Source: Diplonema japonicum (Eukaryota > Protista > Euglenozoa: Diplonemea). From it: a DNA stretch of 64,000 nt. The translations under genes were made by a program, and so were the position numbers. The stretch's first letter is position 1, and each line of letters begins with the position of its first letter. The stretch covers positions 1 to 64,000 of the forward strand of contig OZ025668.1 of assembly GCA_964019335.1 (NCBI GenBank), given 5' to 3'. The notes under the pieces were generated by a model, which saw nothing but the letters and a program-made list of their open reading frames with translations, was not told the origin of the DNA and did no database searches. This document shows positions 9,601 through 22,300 of the stretch, in pieces.

Positions 9601-11386
9601 AAAGAGACAACAATGGGGTTCGGACTGGCGATAGCCGCTATCTTCCTGATGTCTACAGCAGTCACCTTTGCCACACGTGCCCTGATGTCATCCAGGTCTC
9701 CCGCGATGGCTGCATATGTGCTCTGCTTGTTCGACTCTCTGATAGGTTTTCCATTCTCCGCCTTTACGACCTTCTTTTTTTTCTCAGGCTCTTTCTTTTC
9801 AATTTCCTTTCGCTTGTCTGCTTCCTTCTTTTCCTCCTTCTTCTTCTCCGTGCATTTGTCCTTCACAGGCGTTGACTTCGGCCTCTCGAAAGCTTTCTCC
9901 TTACGATCGTTCTTTGTCGGTGTCTGTTACAATTTGTGCACAATCTACAACATACTGCAACTGTTGGTGTGCTGGGTGTTCTTCGTGCCCTCAAAGTGGA
10001 AGAGCGGGTCCTAGTGAAATGTTGAAATGAGAAGTCATAACATACATAGACTTTGTTGCGGTCACCTTAGAAAGTTGGACTTTCTTTCTGATAGAAACAG
10101 CAGCTGGTACACAAGCGTCATCAGCAAGCATGAAACCATCTGACAACAGCTCCACGTTGTGGCAGCCCAGTACACCTAATGCCTCGTAAACCTAGATAAT
10201 GGTGGTGAACAGAAGTGGAAATACCTCTTTCACGGTAGTATTCTCTTGCACTTTCAAGGCAAGCGATACCCCTTTTGTCAGGCCGACTGAGACATCCATC
10301 GTTAAGCTTCCCTGAAAATAAGTTGTATGTGACAGAAGACAATAAGAAATAAAAACTGAAGACTTCAACGCTGGAAAGCAATTGATATTAAACAACACGT
10401 ACGGTAATCGTGCTCACAGCAACGTCGCCACCAAGCTCGCTCATTTCGATGAGCAGCACAGTTGGCGGTAGTTCGTCCGGCACGTCGGTATCCAACCCAA
10501 TGTGCAGGAGCTGCAAGACGGAAGTCGTTGTCTTGTTTGTTGCCTTGCACGCTGAAGTGAACTCAATGTGGATGTGCTCTTTGCAGTTCGTTGTTAGCTT
10601 GCCAAGTGTCTCCGATCCAAGAAGAATCAGGTCATTCTCTACTCTGATACGCTGCATCTCTTTTACGAATAAGCTCAGGTACGACGCTCCCTCTAAAGCG
10701 ATGTCTAGGTAACCGACGAAGAACTGTTTCTCTTTTGCTCCAGTTCCCTCTGGAATAATCAAAACAGGCCTCTCAAGTATTTGAACTCCTTCCCGCACAT
10801 GCTGCATCTTTGGGCGTAAATCCTGCAGCCCAGATAAAACGGGCTTGTGTACATCGACCACAACTTTCGTCCTGCACTCAGCTTGCATGTCGTGAACCTT
10901 CAGCACTACGTGCCGTTGGCCCGATGTTATCTTTTCGCCACAAGTAAAGCCAATGCAGTTAATGATGTAGCTCATGAGCAAGACGTCGATCCTGGGGGGG
11001 GAGTACGTGCGGAGCTGTACCTTGAGTGATACTTTGTCCACTCGCATCATATCCCCTATCACAAACTCATCGCTGCCGTCGTTAACGACACAGAGCTTCT
11101 TATCGTCCCCTATCACATAGCACCCATTCCATGTCCCTCTGTTTGTGATATCAGGATATTTCTTCTTGCAATAAGCAGCTCTCGCTGCTTGCTGCTGCTG
11201 AGGGCTCATGAAGACCAAAGTGTCACCTTTCACTGCGCCACTGTGTATCTCGGCAGCAACGAACCCGCCATCGAAAAACAGCACATCAGGGCTATTCAGA
11301 ACACACCTTCCCTGTGGTGCTATAGGCACTACGTTATTAAGAGGCAACAGAAACGGCGAATAGGGGCGGTATCTGGGCGATAACAT
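6693..11386 (-). CDS. About 930-aa, 9-exon protein with two dynein stalk-head (MTBD)-like domains and an acidic tail, without a motor domain
   Basis: Introns 10312-10402, 10192-10224, 10011-10045, 9924-9955, 9477-9509, 7782-9389, 7562-7592 and 7230-7267 (all GTA..AG) join several track ORFs in frame (2793 nt). Motifs PNPIVVSLMEHV..SW..FLKKL..PEELKKVAGPASVIMMAWLQA and KPPALVV..FVKLL..IVNWVKA. Confidence 0.72.
7810..9377. mobile_element. 1568-bp TIR DNA transposon derivative (Sola-like) inside an intron
   Basis: 23-bp TIRs GGTCACCTCTCCGCTATTTGTCA (7810-7832) and 9355-9377, 22/23 identical; ATAT duplication at 7806-7809 and 9378-9381; minus-strand remnant GYSTFLKKRPRQIRP resembles the FSxFxxLRP motif of Sola-type transposases. 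Confidence 0.85.
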
Positions 11387-11477
11387 CGATACAGTTTTGA
11401 ATACCTTATCTTAGACGAAGCAAGCAGAACCTCTGTCACACTTTTTATTTTGGTGATGCTAATCAGCACCTGTAGTA

Positions 11478-14400
11478 CTACTTTAAGCAATAACATACGG
11501 GATATGCGGAGTAGCTAACACCTCCGTCGGACAGTGTAAAAACTAATGTCACAGTGGGTCCTCCCTTTTCTCCATTGACCCTGCAAAATGTGAAGCACCT
11601 GAACAAGGCGTGGATATCTTTTCGCGTCACGGCGGCTTTTCTGGACAGCCGCACCGCAATTCTCGTCTGTCGTTTCGTCAAACTACCCAAGTGCTTCCCC
11701 TCTGCTGATAGCAACTCAAACACCTCGTCGTCCCCTTCATCCTGCTTAACCTTTTTCACCAATTTGAGCTCGCCCTCCTTGACTACAAACCCTAGCACGT
11801 CGCATGCTGCAGCATCAAGCACTTCCCCTGCCACGTACCCCCCCCCAAAGGACTCTATCCCAGTAGTCGAGGCATCTGCTATTTCGAAGCTAGCAATTTT
11901 CGCAGGAAGTGCGCCTTCTTTCATTTCTGTCGTGTATTGGTGCCCGAGATCCATCAAGGGTGCCGTAACCCGCAACTCAATACGGTTGGATAGGTAATCA
12001 TAGTCTGGTCCCACTTCGCGTGCCATCTTATTTATCTCTTCCGCTGTAGCGTCCGCTGGCAACCCTGGTCCAAGCTTCAGTGTAATCTCAACTACACGCC
12101 AGCCCTCGATCAGTGACCATGAGTTGTTAGCGTAGCCCACTGAGCGAAGAAATGCCTGAACCCCTGACAGAGCAGCCTCTCCGTCGCACGAGAGCAGCAA
12201 CCGAAAGGCTACTTGGTCAGTATCCAGGGGAGGAACAGCCCTGACTGCTTGCAGCCTTCGCATCTGCCTGCTTTGCTTGACTGGGGACACGATCGGTTCG
12301 GGGGTTTTTGCTTCGTCGCCTCCGACGGGAACGGTTGGTGATCCCACAAAGTAGCCAAGGAACTTACCCTCATGATAGATACGTGTGCCCGTGTCCTCTT
12401 CCACTCCCATTTGGATGAAGACATCCTCCATTATGGTGAGGTTGTCGCCTAGTGATGCTCCGCTAGTTATGACCACTTTCACCTCACCACCGAAGACAAC
12501 TTCTGTGTCAGGATCATTGATCACTGCGTCTGGGAATAGGGCAACAATCTTTGCATGAGGCTGGATGACGCATTTCCGCAAATGTGCTGGTACGGCTCGT
12601 GAACAAGTTGCACGATAACATATCTTGGGATGAGGCAAGTTAACCTCAGTCGGGGTATTCCTTCCTGTGACTGTTATCAGCAATGATGCTATGCACATGT
12701 ACCCGCGCACGTCAGTAACTGTCACAACTGCTTCTTTTTCCTCCTCGACCGGCCTCAAGAACCTATTCTGGTATCGTATCCTAGCAAGCAAGCGGTTCAA
12801 AAGATCCTTGTGCACACGTGATACCAACTTCAACTTTATGCTCGAAGACTGCTGTGGAGCAACCTCGGCATCCCTAGAGGGTGTCATGTAGCCTTCGACC
12901 TCCAAGACCTTCTTGTTCTCGAAGGTCACTGCAGCCAAGTGCCTTTCGTTGGGAAAGCGGAGGATGTCGATCTTCTCATCGTCGTAAAGGATATTCTTAA
13001 ACACGAATTGGTCCTCCAACACACCCATTGTAATACTAAACCCCAATACGGTTCCTTCCTCAAAGTAGTCGGAGGAGCCCCATGTCTGCGTTGGGGGACA
13101 AAACATTTTTAGTGAACTGAATAGCGCCTTCCCCTCTGGCTCTAGACCTTCATGGAAATAGAGAGGGACCGGCTCATTGGGACACACTCGCACAAATGGC
13201 CACATAACAGGTACCGCAGTGTTAAATCTTAACACCTTTCTACATGATGAGTGCTCTGGAGTTATGATTGGCCGGCTATATGTCGCAGCGAAGCACGTAT
13301 ACATCATATCAGCTACTATTTCAAAGTTCCGCTCGAGAGCCCTTTTTGCAGGCATGCCCTCTTCATGAGGGGCGCGCAGCTTGCAAACAAACTGCGTACT
13401 CCGTAAAATGTGGCTGAGCACATCCGGAGTGTAGCACCCCGTAATTAGGTTGATAACCAACAACTGACCATCCCACATGACATCCTCGCAGTATTGCTGA
13501 ACAGACTCGTGTACGATAACTTTCTCATCGATATCTTCGCTGGAAGGCCCAGTCATACGGACTGTGATTCTACCATGTGTTGCAGTGCCTAGATCAGACA
13601 GTACTTCGTACGGATCAGGAAAGACCGGCTTGGAGCATACGCTCAAGGGCAGCGAGAAATGTGGGAATGCTGCCTTCATGTGGGCAGGCTCACTAAATAA
13701 AGCTAAAGCTGCATTGAAGGCTGCATCCGAAAGCTCCAAAGTAGTACCGATCTGATCCTTCGCGTACAAATACTCGTCTGGGAAGTTCATAGGCACCACG
13801 TTCACTTCAGCCTGTTGAGCCACAGACGTAGGTTTGTCAGACAAGTAGAAGACTGCCTGCCCCGCACCAACAGTGATATTCACTTCTGCGCTGGTAGCAT
13901 GCAAGGCCTGAATTACACGTGTGATAGCATGTGACAACTTCTCACGCTCCATCATCAATATCTTGTGAATCTTACACCAATCTTGTAATCCAAAGATATC
14001 AGCATCCCGTCTCTTCATAAAAAGCTTTCGCTGTTCTTCTTCTTTTTTGCTCAAGCGGCTCCTCTCTTTGTTTCGGTGTTCCTCTCTCCTTGCTAACTCT
14101 ATTCGTGCTTTTTCCTTTGCCCATTCAGCTTCTCGCTCGGCCTGTTGTTCAGCGTTGAGCTTTCGCTGGGCTTCTGCTTCTTCTTCTCTTAGCCTCGTTT
14201 CCTCTTTTGCAACTGCTACCTTATAAGCCTGATTCGACTCCGTCACAAGTGCACTGTATTGGGAGTCTTCTTTCTTAACAAGTCCATCCCGTGCACTGGA
14301 CTCTCTGAGGGAAAGAAGTACACGATGGGCTTCTTCCACTTCGACTCTGCGGCGCATTGCACGCATAGCTGCTGCCCATTCAAGTCTTTCAGCCGCCTTG

Positions 14401-15284
14401 CAAAGTGATCGACTGCCCAATTCTGCTATCTTGGTGCATTGTCTCGCAGCATGTTCACTGCTCATTTGAAGCTTCACTGTCGCATTGTTGCAAGACGCAA
14501 CGACTTCGCACCGTTTTAGGTGCTCGCAGGTAGAGAGCATCCTGCGCTGCAATTTCTTTTCTCTCTTGATGGATGCAACTAGCTCTCTGAACTGCAAGGC
14601 GCCCTTCTCTTTCTGAAAAACTGATATTGCTACTTTTCTGCTTGCAGCCTGCTCCTTAAACAATGATTCCCTTAGTGACGTCTCGCACACAAACAACAGA
14701 GCTATCCTCTCCACAGCTATCTGTCGTGTTGTTCTCTCTGCTTTTGATGTCGCTCTTGACAGTTGCACCTGTCGTTTTATTTCCATTGTCCTAACGTTGT
14801 CAGACACTGCTGCAGACAACTGTGAGGCAACACCTCCCATCCGAAGGGATACGATACGGCCATTCGACCGGAGGGCACCGTGAAGGTATGCAGCGGAGGA
14901 GCTTGTGAGGTGGCAGGTGCTCAGATCGAGGCTCGTGAGATTAGGGTGTGTTGAGATGAGGGCTGAAAGCGCCACAGTGTCAGCAGGTGCAATGTTATCA
15001 ATTTGTAGGTGTGTGATGGCATCACTGCAGGCAGCAAGATACTGTGGCTTATAGCGCTTCTCCATCTGCGTCTGAAGTGCCTCATCGAGATCCGAAGGTG
15101 CCTGCTTCGAACCCGACGCCTTCATTCTGAATAATGCCCCAGCCGCTGCGCTACATATCGTATGGCTCCTTACCTTCTGCGCCTTCAAGCTCGGAAGCTG
15201 ATTGACCAAAGTTCCGATGAAGTTTCTCTTGCACTTCCGTCGGGATTTCACCCGAGGCGGTCCTTGAGGACACAAGGTGTCCAT
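11478..15284 (-). CDS. 1268-aa protein: N-terminal leucine-rich repeats, coiled coil, repeated beta-rich C-terminal domains; function unknown
   Basis: Long uninterrupted ORF; LTSLDLSTCHL LRR; E/R/K-rich helix. Confidence 0.85.
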   Translation of the reverse strand: MDTLCPQGPPRVKSRRKCKRNFIGTLVNQLPSLKAQKVRSHTICSAAAGALFRMKASGSKQAPSDLDEALQTQMEKRYKPQYLAACSDAITHLQIDNIAPADTVALSALISTHPNLTSLDLSTCHLTSSSAAYLHGALRSNGRIVSLRMGGVASQLSAAVSDNVRTMEIKRQVQLSRATSKAERTTRQIAVERIALLFVCETSLRESLFKEQAASRKVAISVFQKEKGALQFRELVASIKREKKLQRRMLSTCEHLKRCEVVASCNNATVKLQMSSEHAARQCTKIAELGSRSLCKAAERLEWAAAMRAMRRRVEVEEAHRVLLSLRESSARDGLVKKEDSQYSALVTESNQAYKVAVAKEETRLREEEAEAQRKLNAEQQAEREAEWAKEKARIELARREEHRNKERSRLSKKEEEQRKLFMKRRDADIFGLQDWCKIHKILMMEREKLSHAITRVIQALHATSAEVNITVGAGQAVFYLSDKPTSVAQQAEVNVVPMNFPDEYLYAKDQIGTTLELSDAAFNAALALFSEPAHMKAAFPHFSLPLSVCSKPVFPDPYEVLSDLGTATHGRITVRMTGPSSEDIDEKVIVHESVQQYCEDVMWDGQLLVINLITGCYTPDVLSHILRSTQFVCKLRAPHEEGMPAKRALERNFEIVADMMYTCFAATYSRPIITPEHSSCRKVLRFNTAVPVMWPFVRVCPNEPVPLYFHEGLEPEGKALFSSLKMFCPPTQTWGSSDYFEEGTVLGFSITMGVLEDQFVFKNILYDDEKIDILRFPNERHLAAVTFENKKVLEVEGYMTPSRDAEVAPQQSSSIKLKLVSRVHKDLLNRLLARIRYQNRFLRPVEEEKEAVVTVTDVRGYMCIASLLITVTGRNTPTEVNLPHPKICYRATCSRAVPAHLRKCVIQPHAKIVALFPDAVINDPDTEVVFGGEVKVVITSGASLGDNLTIMEDVFIQMGVEEDTGTRIYHEGKFLGYFVGSPTVPVGGDEAKTPEPIVSPVKQSRQMRRLQAVRAVPPLDTDQVAFRLLLSCDGEAALSGVQAFLRSVGYANNSWSLIEGWRVVEITLKLGPGLPADATAEEINKMAREVGPDYDYLSNRIELRVTAPLMDLGHQYTTEMKEGALPAKIASFEIADASTTGIESFGGGYVAGEVLDAAACDVLGFVVKEGELKLVKKVKQDEGDDEVFELLSAEGKHLGSLTKRQTRIAVRLSRKAAVTRKDIHALFRCFTFCRVNGEKGGPTVTLVFTLSDGGVSYSAYPVCYCLK

Positions 15285-15419
15285 GTAGTTCGACGGAGGT
15301 CACCTTGATGTAATATAAAGTGTTCTTTGAGTGCTGAAATAACAAGCCCTAACCCGCTACACTTAACTCAGAAAAATAAAAGGAATTGATGCTGTGTGTT
15401 TTCACAACATTAATCAGAA

Positions 15420-16311
15420 TCACTGAGCCGTGGCCTGCCTTGCCCACACCTTCTCGTTCTGCGCCTTGCCAATCGCCTCCTATTGCCAAGTGAACATTAG
15501 TATCCTATGACATACCTGTCGTGCAAAATTCTCCTGTTGCTCTTTCAAACACTGTGAGCGAGCCTGATGTCTCTCTGTTCGGTGGTAAGATATTTTAACC
15601 TTATTCCATACCATTAACCTCGCGGAGGTAAGCGGAAAAGTCAGAAACCGGTGCTGTTTCTGCTGGTGTTGTAGGTGTGGCAACTGGCTGCTCCTCGCTG
15701 GTGGCCTGCTTCGGGAGATCTTCATTAGAGTAAGCTGACTGCATTGACATCTCAGTTTCAAACGGCAGCTTCTGGGCTGCAGCTTCACCGACGACCTGCT
15801 GATCCATCTGGTGTGTTTGCTGGTGGGCAGGATCCACCTGGTGTCCATGTTGGTGGTCCACCACCTGTGCCTGCATGGTCTGGTGCTGGTGCTGGTGCTG
15901 GTGCTGGTGCTGGTGCTGGTGCTGGTGCTGGTGTTGGTGTTGGTGTTGGTGCTGGTGCTGGTGCTGGTAAGCGGGGTCTACTTGGTGCACCTGCTGGTGC
16001 GTTGGGTCCGCCTGAAGGACCTGAGCATGCGGGTCAACCTGCGGAGTCTGTTCCACTGGCTGCTCACCGTGAACTTGCTGCTCAGTATAAGCTTGTTGCT
16101 GAGTGTACTGCTGGTCATAATAGCCTTGTTGGCCATCGTAATATCCCTGCTCGCCGTGAGCCTGCTGGTGCTGAGGGTGTGCTTGTTGGTGCTGATAGGT
16201 CTGTTGCTCGGCAGTCTGCTCATATGCACCGGCGGCAAACCCTGCGGCTGCTCCAAATGGGTTGGCACCGTCATTCTGCCCAGCGAACGGGTCTTGTTCT
16301 TCTGTCATCAT
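15420..16311 (-). CDS. Q/H/Y-rich low-complexity protein with DPF/NPF motifs and a short C-terminal helix; introns 15575-15611 and 15480-15515
   Basis: 37- and 36-nt GTATG..AG introns give ...REVN|ERHQARS...ARQ|EAIGKAQNEKVWARQATAQ*. Confidence 0.75.
15881..15967 (-). repeat. (CACCAG/CACCAA)n coding hexamer repeat encoding (HQ)n
   Basis: tggtgc tandem run on the + strand; HQHQ... tract in the ORF. Confidence 0.9.
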
Positions 16312-16386
16312 CCCTGCTGCCTGTCGAGAGTTTCAATGATAAAGGGTGTTGAACACTTAATACTAACAGAATGTGTAAATGACTAA

Positions 16387-19300
16387 CTAAAACTTAACAA
16401 TAAAAGAATTATTGGGCCCCGTGTTCGGGCACAACACGCTCCCCGCGGCAGACGGGACAACTACCTCCGACGGCAGCTGTGGAGAAAGCCCCCCGTCGAA
16501 GGCCTGCATGACATCCTGACATGTTAACTTATGTGTCACCTTTGCAGGATCAAAAGAAAAGAATGTGACATCTCCTTCACACATACAGCCTTCTGGTGTT
16601 CGCGTCGTCGCATAGCACCTCGCATGTGCTGCTCGAGGTGTGATGACACCATGAGTGCTCCCTCCGAACAAGGGGACAGCTCCCCATGACTCACCCCACT
16701 TCCGCTGCTTCTTGTAATCTTTACCCCATGAAGACACCGCACACCTAAACCCATTGTGCCAACACTCGCAGAGAGGACGCTCGCACATGCGAGGGTCGCG
16801 CGTCCGAGAGACATAACTTAGACACTGGCCATAACCCTGAATGTTGATACAAAACAAACGCACGCATACCTCATCAGGAACTGCACAGTTCTGAACTGCG
16901 GAAGAAACAAGAGGAGCACTTGGGTAAGTTGGTACCATTGTCCTCTCAGCAATGGCCTTTAACTCTGTCGCCAGGATAGAACCGTCCCACTGCGCATGGT
17001 GCTAACATGTTATGTATACATACCAAATACGCTTCCTTCACGCCCCCGACCAAGTACATAGTGCTGTTAGAAGACTCGTTGTGGTCCTTGCCAACGAAGT
17101 TCTCGTATCGAATCGCGTGTTGCGGAAGGATGACTAGCGATGTATGCGTGTGCACATGATCAATGAAGAGTTTTGCGTTCCCTTGTGGCATCACACCGTG
17201 CTTCTTCTTGCCACTATCAGGCTTATGGATCACACCCACATGGTGCCAAAAGCCGTCGACTGGTATGTTCGGGCCTGACGAAAACACACGTTCCCACACA
17301 GCCCAGCTCTGTGTTGCTAGTGCACAACCCCCCACGGCATTATCGGGGTAAGGACACCTTTCAGATTGTACTGCATACGTGCCGCAGTCGCCACCCCCAG
17401 CGCAGCCACATATGCCAACACCACTGTCGCACTTCACGGCTTTACAATCAGCTGCAGTCAGGTCGCCTGCTTCTGATAATATGTTGAAGAAGTATGCGCC
17501 ACCATCCCTTCCCGCAGCCTCGTACGAAGGTGTGTTCGCAAGGGAAATGTATCGAAAACCTTTTGTCACAGCACGCGCTATGTTATCAGCAAGATTGCCA
17601 CCCACAGTCCCATACTCTCTTCCCGCGATACTGTCAAAGTACGAAGCGTTGCTGTAGCAGCCCCTAAACATCAGATACTCACTCTCAACCATTATGTTGT
17701 GGATCTCCTCTGAGCCTGTTGCGTGAGGCAACTGTCCCAACTCTGGATTCCCAATGTCTGAAATCGTTTTCTCGGGAGGTGCGTACTCCTGCACTTGGTA
17801 AACAACTGAACCTGTTGTTTTATAGAATCCTAGCACCACACGAAAGTCTGTTGGGGCGTGGGCATAATCTAATATCTTTGCATCTGCAAAAGGGCTCTCA
17901 GTCAGCCTTACCCACACAGACAGGCTGAGACCTCTGCCGCCAAAGGTTACAGGACTAATTACCCCAACCCCACCTGGCTTGTAGTCTATGTAATTCCCAG
18001 CGAACCAACTTCCGCAGTCTGCTTCTTGTGTTGCCGAAAAGGTTGCGGTTGGTGTGGGTGTGTTGTCTACCTGACTGTAGTTGAAGACTTCATCATGTCG
18101 GGACGGGTCAGGCGGCGTGCTGTGGATCGGGCACCCAACAGTGATTTCTACTAAGGCATCCAAAGCACCACTTGTTTTCATGTTATGACATCTTGCAAGC
18201 AACGATATCTCTCCAGCTTCCAGAGGTCCGTTCCATGTTGTCAGCCTTCCATTCGCAAGAACAGCATCCTCGACGGTGATCCGCGATGACGCTGATGTGG
18301 AGTTTGCATTGTTGACAGTGACGCGTTTGAATCCGATCCAACCATCGCTGCACCTCCGCTCTGTACAGTAGTCGTCGATGAGGTCCACACGAATCCTTCT
18401 CCCCGACAAGGCAGACATCTCCCAAGCAGTGAAAACCAGTACCTCTTGCCCTGTCTCGTTCATACCGTAGGCCGATCTTGTCTTTGCCGCGACGTATCGC
18501 CCATGCTGGATGTCATACAGGCCGACGCCTGCAAAGCCTGTTCCTGACACGTCGGACATCCCAAGAATGTCAGCACCGGTGCCTGGAGTTCCGAACACAG
18601 TTACTGTGATAGAGCTACTTGAAGTGGGGATGTACCAGGGAGACATCAGAATAGATGTACTGTGGACAATATTGATCTCTGCAGCAACCACGCAGTGCCC
18701 ACCCCCCCCACACTGCGTGGCGGACTCCTTCCATGTTCCATTTGCGTTGATGGAAAAAGATAACAGGTCGTAGCTAACATAGTCGTACTTCTGCGGTGTG
18801 CCGATCGACGGATCTGCTTCAAACCGTACGCGGTACCGAAGCCCCGTCTTGAAGTACTTGTTTGTGCGTAGCGCCGACCCACTCCATTCACCTAATGCCA
18901 GACCGTAGCCGCCCTCTGCTGGGAAAGCCCATGCAACTAATGTACCTGGACCGCACCCATAGCCCCCGAACGAAAGTATGGGTTGGTCCCCGCTTGGCAC
19001 CGTGTTGACTGTGATGTAGCCTTCAAAGACCGAGGTTCCTGTAGGCATCGCTGACACATACCCAACACTTGCTACAGGCTTGTCTGCTATTTTCATTCCC
19101 ACACAGAGAGTAGTGCACCCCAGTGCGCGGGAAACACCTTCGTGGTCGTTAAGAGTATCCAGACCGTTTACTGCGGCTTCTACTACGTTTTTTCTTCTTT
19201 TCTCGATGTCCCATAATACCACATCTCGTATGTTTCCAGTAAAGTTCCCCAAACTAGCGTTGACGCTACCGCCTACAAAACAGTCCCCTCGAGGCACACG

Positions 19301-22300
19301 GGCAGGGTGCTGCACAAAGACACCTCCGAAATACTTACGAGAGAGCATTTCTTCTATCTTCTCCATCCCTTCGTCCGTCAGTGATGTGGTATAAATAAGC
19401 AGCTCTGCTAAATATCCCGTAAAATAATTTCCAGTCTCATCAGCTGTGAGTGACTGATGCCCCAGAACAGTGGGGCCCCTTGCACGAAGTCGTGTAGATG
19501 CACTGGGGGCTCCAGAGATGTTAAGAGAAACGAGAGAGATGGTCTGAGATATAGCCTCGTGCCCGTTAATGCGCAGCACCATCTTGTCCGAGAAGGTAAC
19601 CCTGCAAGAGATGAGTATCCACCCGTCATCACCAGGCGGGTTCCACTCTGCCCACGCTGTCAGTGAAGCACCGCCATTGGTTTCATCTGCAAAACACGTC
19701 ACCTTATCCATCCCCACACGCAGCCCCCACACCGACGACACATCCAGAAGGTGAGGAAGTGCCGCAGCAGCTGTGGGCTTAACAACCGCAAATAACGTAA
19801 GACCCGATCCAACAGCAGTAGGAGGAACACTAAGCTGCATTGATGTCCTCGTTTCGTTAGCACCAAAGTAAACAGAAGCCCATTTTCCATGAGGAGACGA
19901 ATTTAGAACAAAGACAGGCGTTGCAGTGTCGATCGGAGATACCAAGTTGTCCTCAGGAGAGAGATCTTTCCAAGACTCCACCTCATTAGTGACATTGGTA
20001 TAGTTAACAGTGCTCGGCGCTAGCCACACGGTGGGGGACGCGTAGCTATTCATTGCGGCAGTTGAAGAAGCGAACGGCTCTTCAATGGGCTCAAAGTCGT
20101 ACAGTAAAGAGACGACGCCGGAGCTCTTGTGCAGCACAGCTACGTGGTGGTAGTCGCTGTCGGCAGAGAGTGCCTGGAAAGGCACGCTGTACGAAGCATA
20201 AGTACTAGTGGTCCTATCAGGCCAGTTGGAAGGTATGGACCGTGCCACGCTATACCGCAAAGTTGTGGAATTGTAATCTACCACAAGCAAGACTGTGTCA
20301 TCGCCGGCAGCGTTCCCGCACGAAAAAAGCACTTCAGGAAGCACAACCGAAACTTCGAACGTGGGCGAGAAAGTCTCTGTCCTCGTCCCGTTGGCGTCCG
20401 AAGCCTGCGGTGAGCTAATGTTACACACATACGCGGGCACCGACAGCTCACATTGCTTTGGGCCCCACTCCCCAACTTGTGCACACGTCGTCCCTGACAC
20501 ATTACTGTAAATAAACGCGCAATCACCAGTAGCCTGTCTAGGATGCCCGCCACCACATTCCCAGTTCGCATAGTCGCGCTTCCTGTCATTATGTTTCCCG
20601 GTGGCCCTCCCATCCGTTCCTGTCAAGGTCATCGTAGGTGTAAACCACTCCCAACTGGTCTCGTCCACCCACTTGAAGGTGTTTGAAGTTGCATCCACAA
20701 AGGGGTGTGTTTTATTATAAGTATCGCTGTCCTCTCTGTAGGCACCAATCCATCCATCGCTGCCGTTCAGCATCTTCAGTGCAGCTTTGTTCACAGCCTC
20801 CGACCTGATTGTGACGAGGTCCCCACCTCGTTGGGAACAGCCTTGACGTGCAAGTTCCCAATTTGTAGTTTCCCACACAACATAAAGCCCAGTGGCTTCG
20901 CTGCATCCTTGCCACTTACCAGCATCTATATAATAGCACTGCCACATAGGCTGCCACGTACCACCTGTTGTAAAACGCTCGATGCTCAGGGCGTTGCTGG
21001 CCATGAGCGGATTTTTGTACTGGTACAACATGAGACACTTGAAGTTTACCTCTCTGTCGAACTCGAACACAAACGACGCAACCCTTGGGCTGCATCCCAT
21101 GCCGCTGGCGAATTCGCCGCACGAAGTCGTCATGCACGTTAAAGGGTCGCCGTCCGTGACGGAGGAGTTGCTGTGCAGCTTGACTGCGGTAAACGGAAGG
21201 GAGTGTACTGAGAAGCTCGTATTCATCTCGTTCTCCAAGCAATTGTTGTCCTCGTAGAACCTTATTTCACACAGGTCCCATCCCAGTACAACCTCCTGCA
21301 AGTTAGTTATCCTCCACGTGTTTGTCCAGGTCTCAATCTTGAGATTCTCCTTGCGATACCAAGCAGAATATGTTAGGCCTCCGTCACCTCCTAGAGGGGC
21401 AGTGCCCAAGTCGCCGCTACCACTGACACGATGGGCACTTCGGGTTGTAACGGTCTGAACACTGCCTGATATATTGGCGGTAGTAGCTTCGTAGTTGAGA
21501 TCAAGGAGAGATGGGGTGTTCAATAGCTGCACACCCTTGTGCAAGCACTCTTTGAACTCCTCACTAGATCGCACATAGAATGTTGTGATGTTGCTGCACC
21601 CCACACACTCTGGCCCCACTTCACCAACACTGGGTGCCAAATCGTACGAAGTGCAAGAAGAGTAGCACCTACAAGTCCCATTACTTCTGAAGTCTCCATA
21701 CGCAGCATTAATGCCACTACAGTAGTCCCTGCACGCACACACAGTTCCTTCTGTCAAAGCAGTTTCTGAAATGGTACCCTCTGATGAACACGTGGCGTGC
21801 ACAGCCGGTAAAAGCCGGTGAGAAGAACTTCCATTCCCAAATACAGCACCGCCCTCACAGGCCTCTTCAAGTATCTCACATAAACCTGTCAGACCAAAGT
21901 AGTTGATGGCTGCACACGACGGTAACCCTTCGCACCTGTCACGGCAAGTTCCGAGCCCCATTCTTACATTTGCATAAAAAGAAGTAGCAACCGTTGCGTT
22001 ATCGCAGGCAGAATCACTGCTGATGACGGCCCACGGTCTTCTGTTGAAGATCATCTCTGGGCACGGAGAACAGTAATCACCTGAAGATCCGCACGTTTCT
22101 ATTGAGGTCCGCGTAGCTGTCTCGTCACTCTCGCATGCGCACACCCTCAGCGTGTCATTGACACCGCGCCCCACAGGTCGTGAGCCACATGTGTTTCCTT
22201 TGCCGAATGTGGTTGTCTGCCCAAGTCTTCCCCACACACAGCCATCGCCGTTGTTTGCATTAGTAAGTGAAGTGTAGTACATGCCGAGGCGCTGCATGGC

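Noticed and set aside
10011-10069. Separate gene with a start codon split by an intron (AT|G)
   Set aside because: Recounting shows the upstream exon reads through in frame (..RKKVQLSKVTATKSM|T..), so this is an internal Met of one gene.
15348-15356. CCCTAACCC as a telomerase template
   Set aside because: Isolated 9-mer in a short intergenic gap with no supporting structure.
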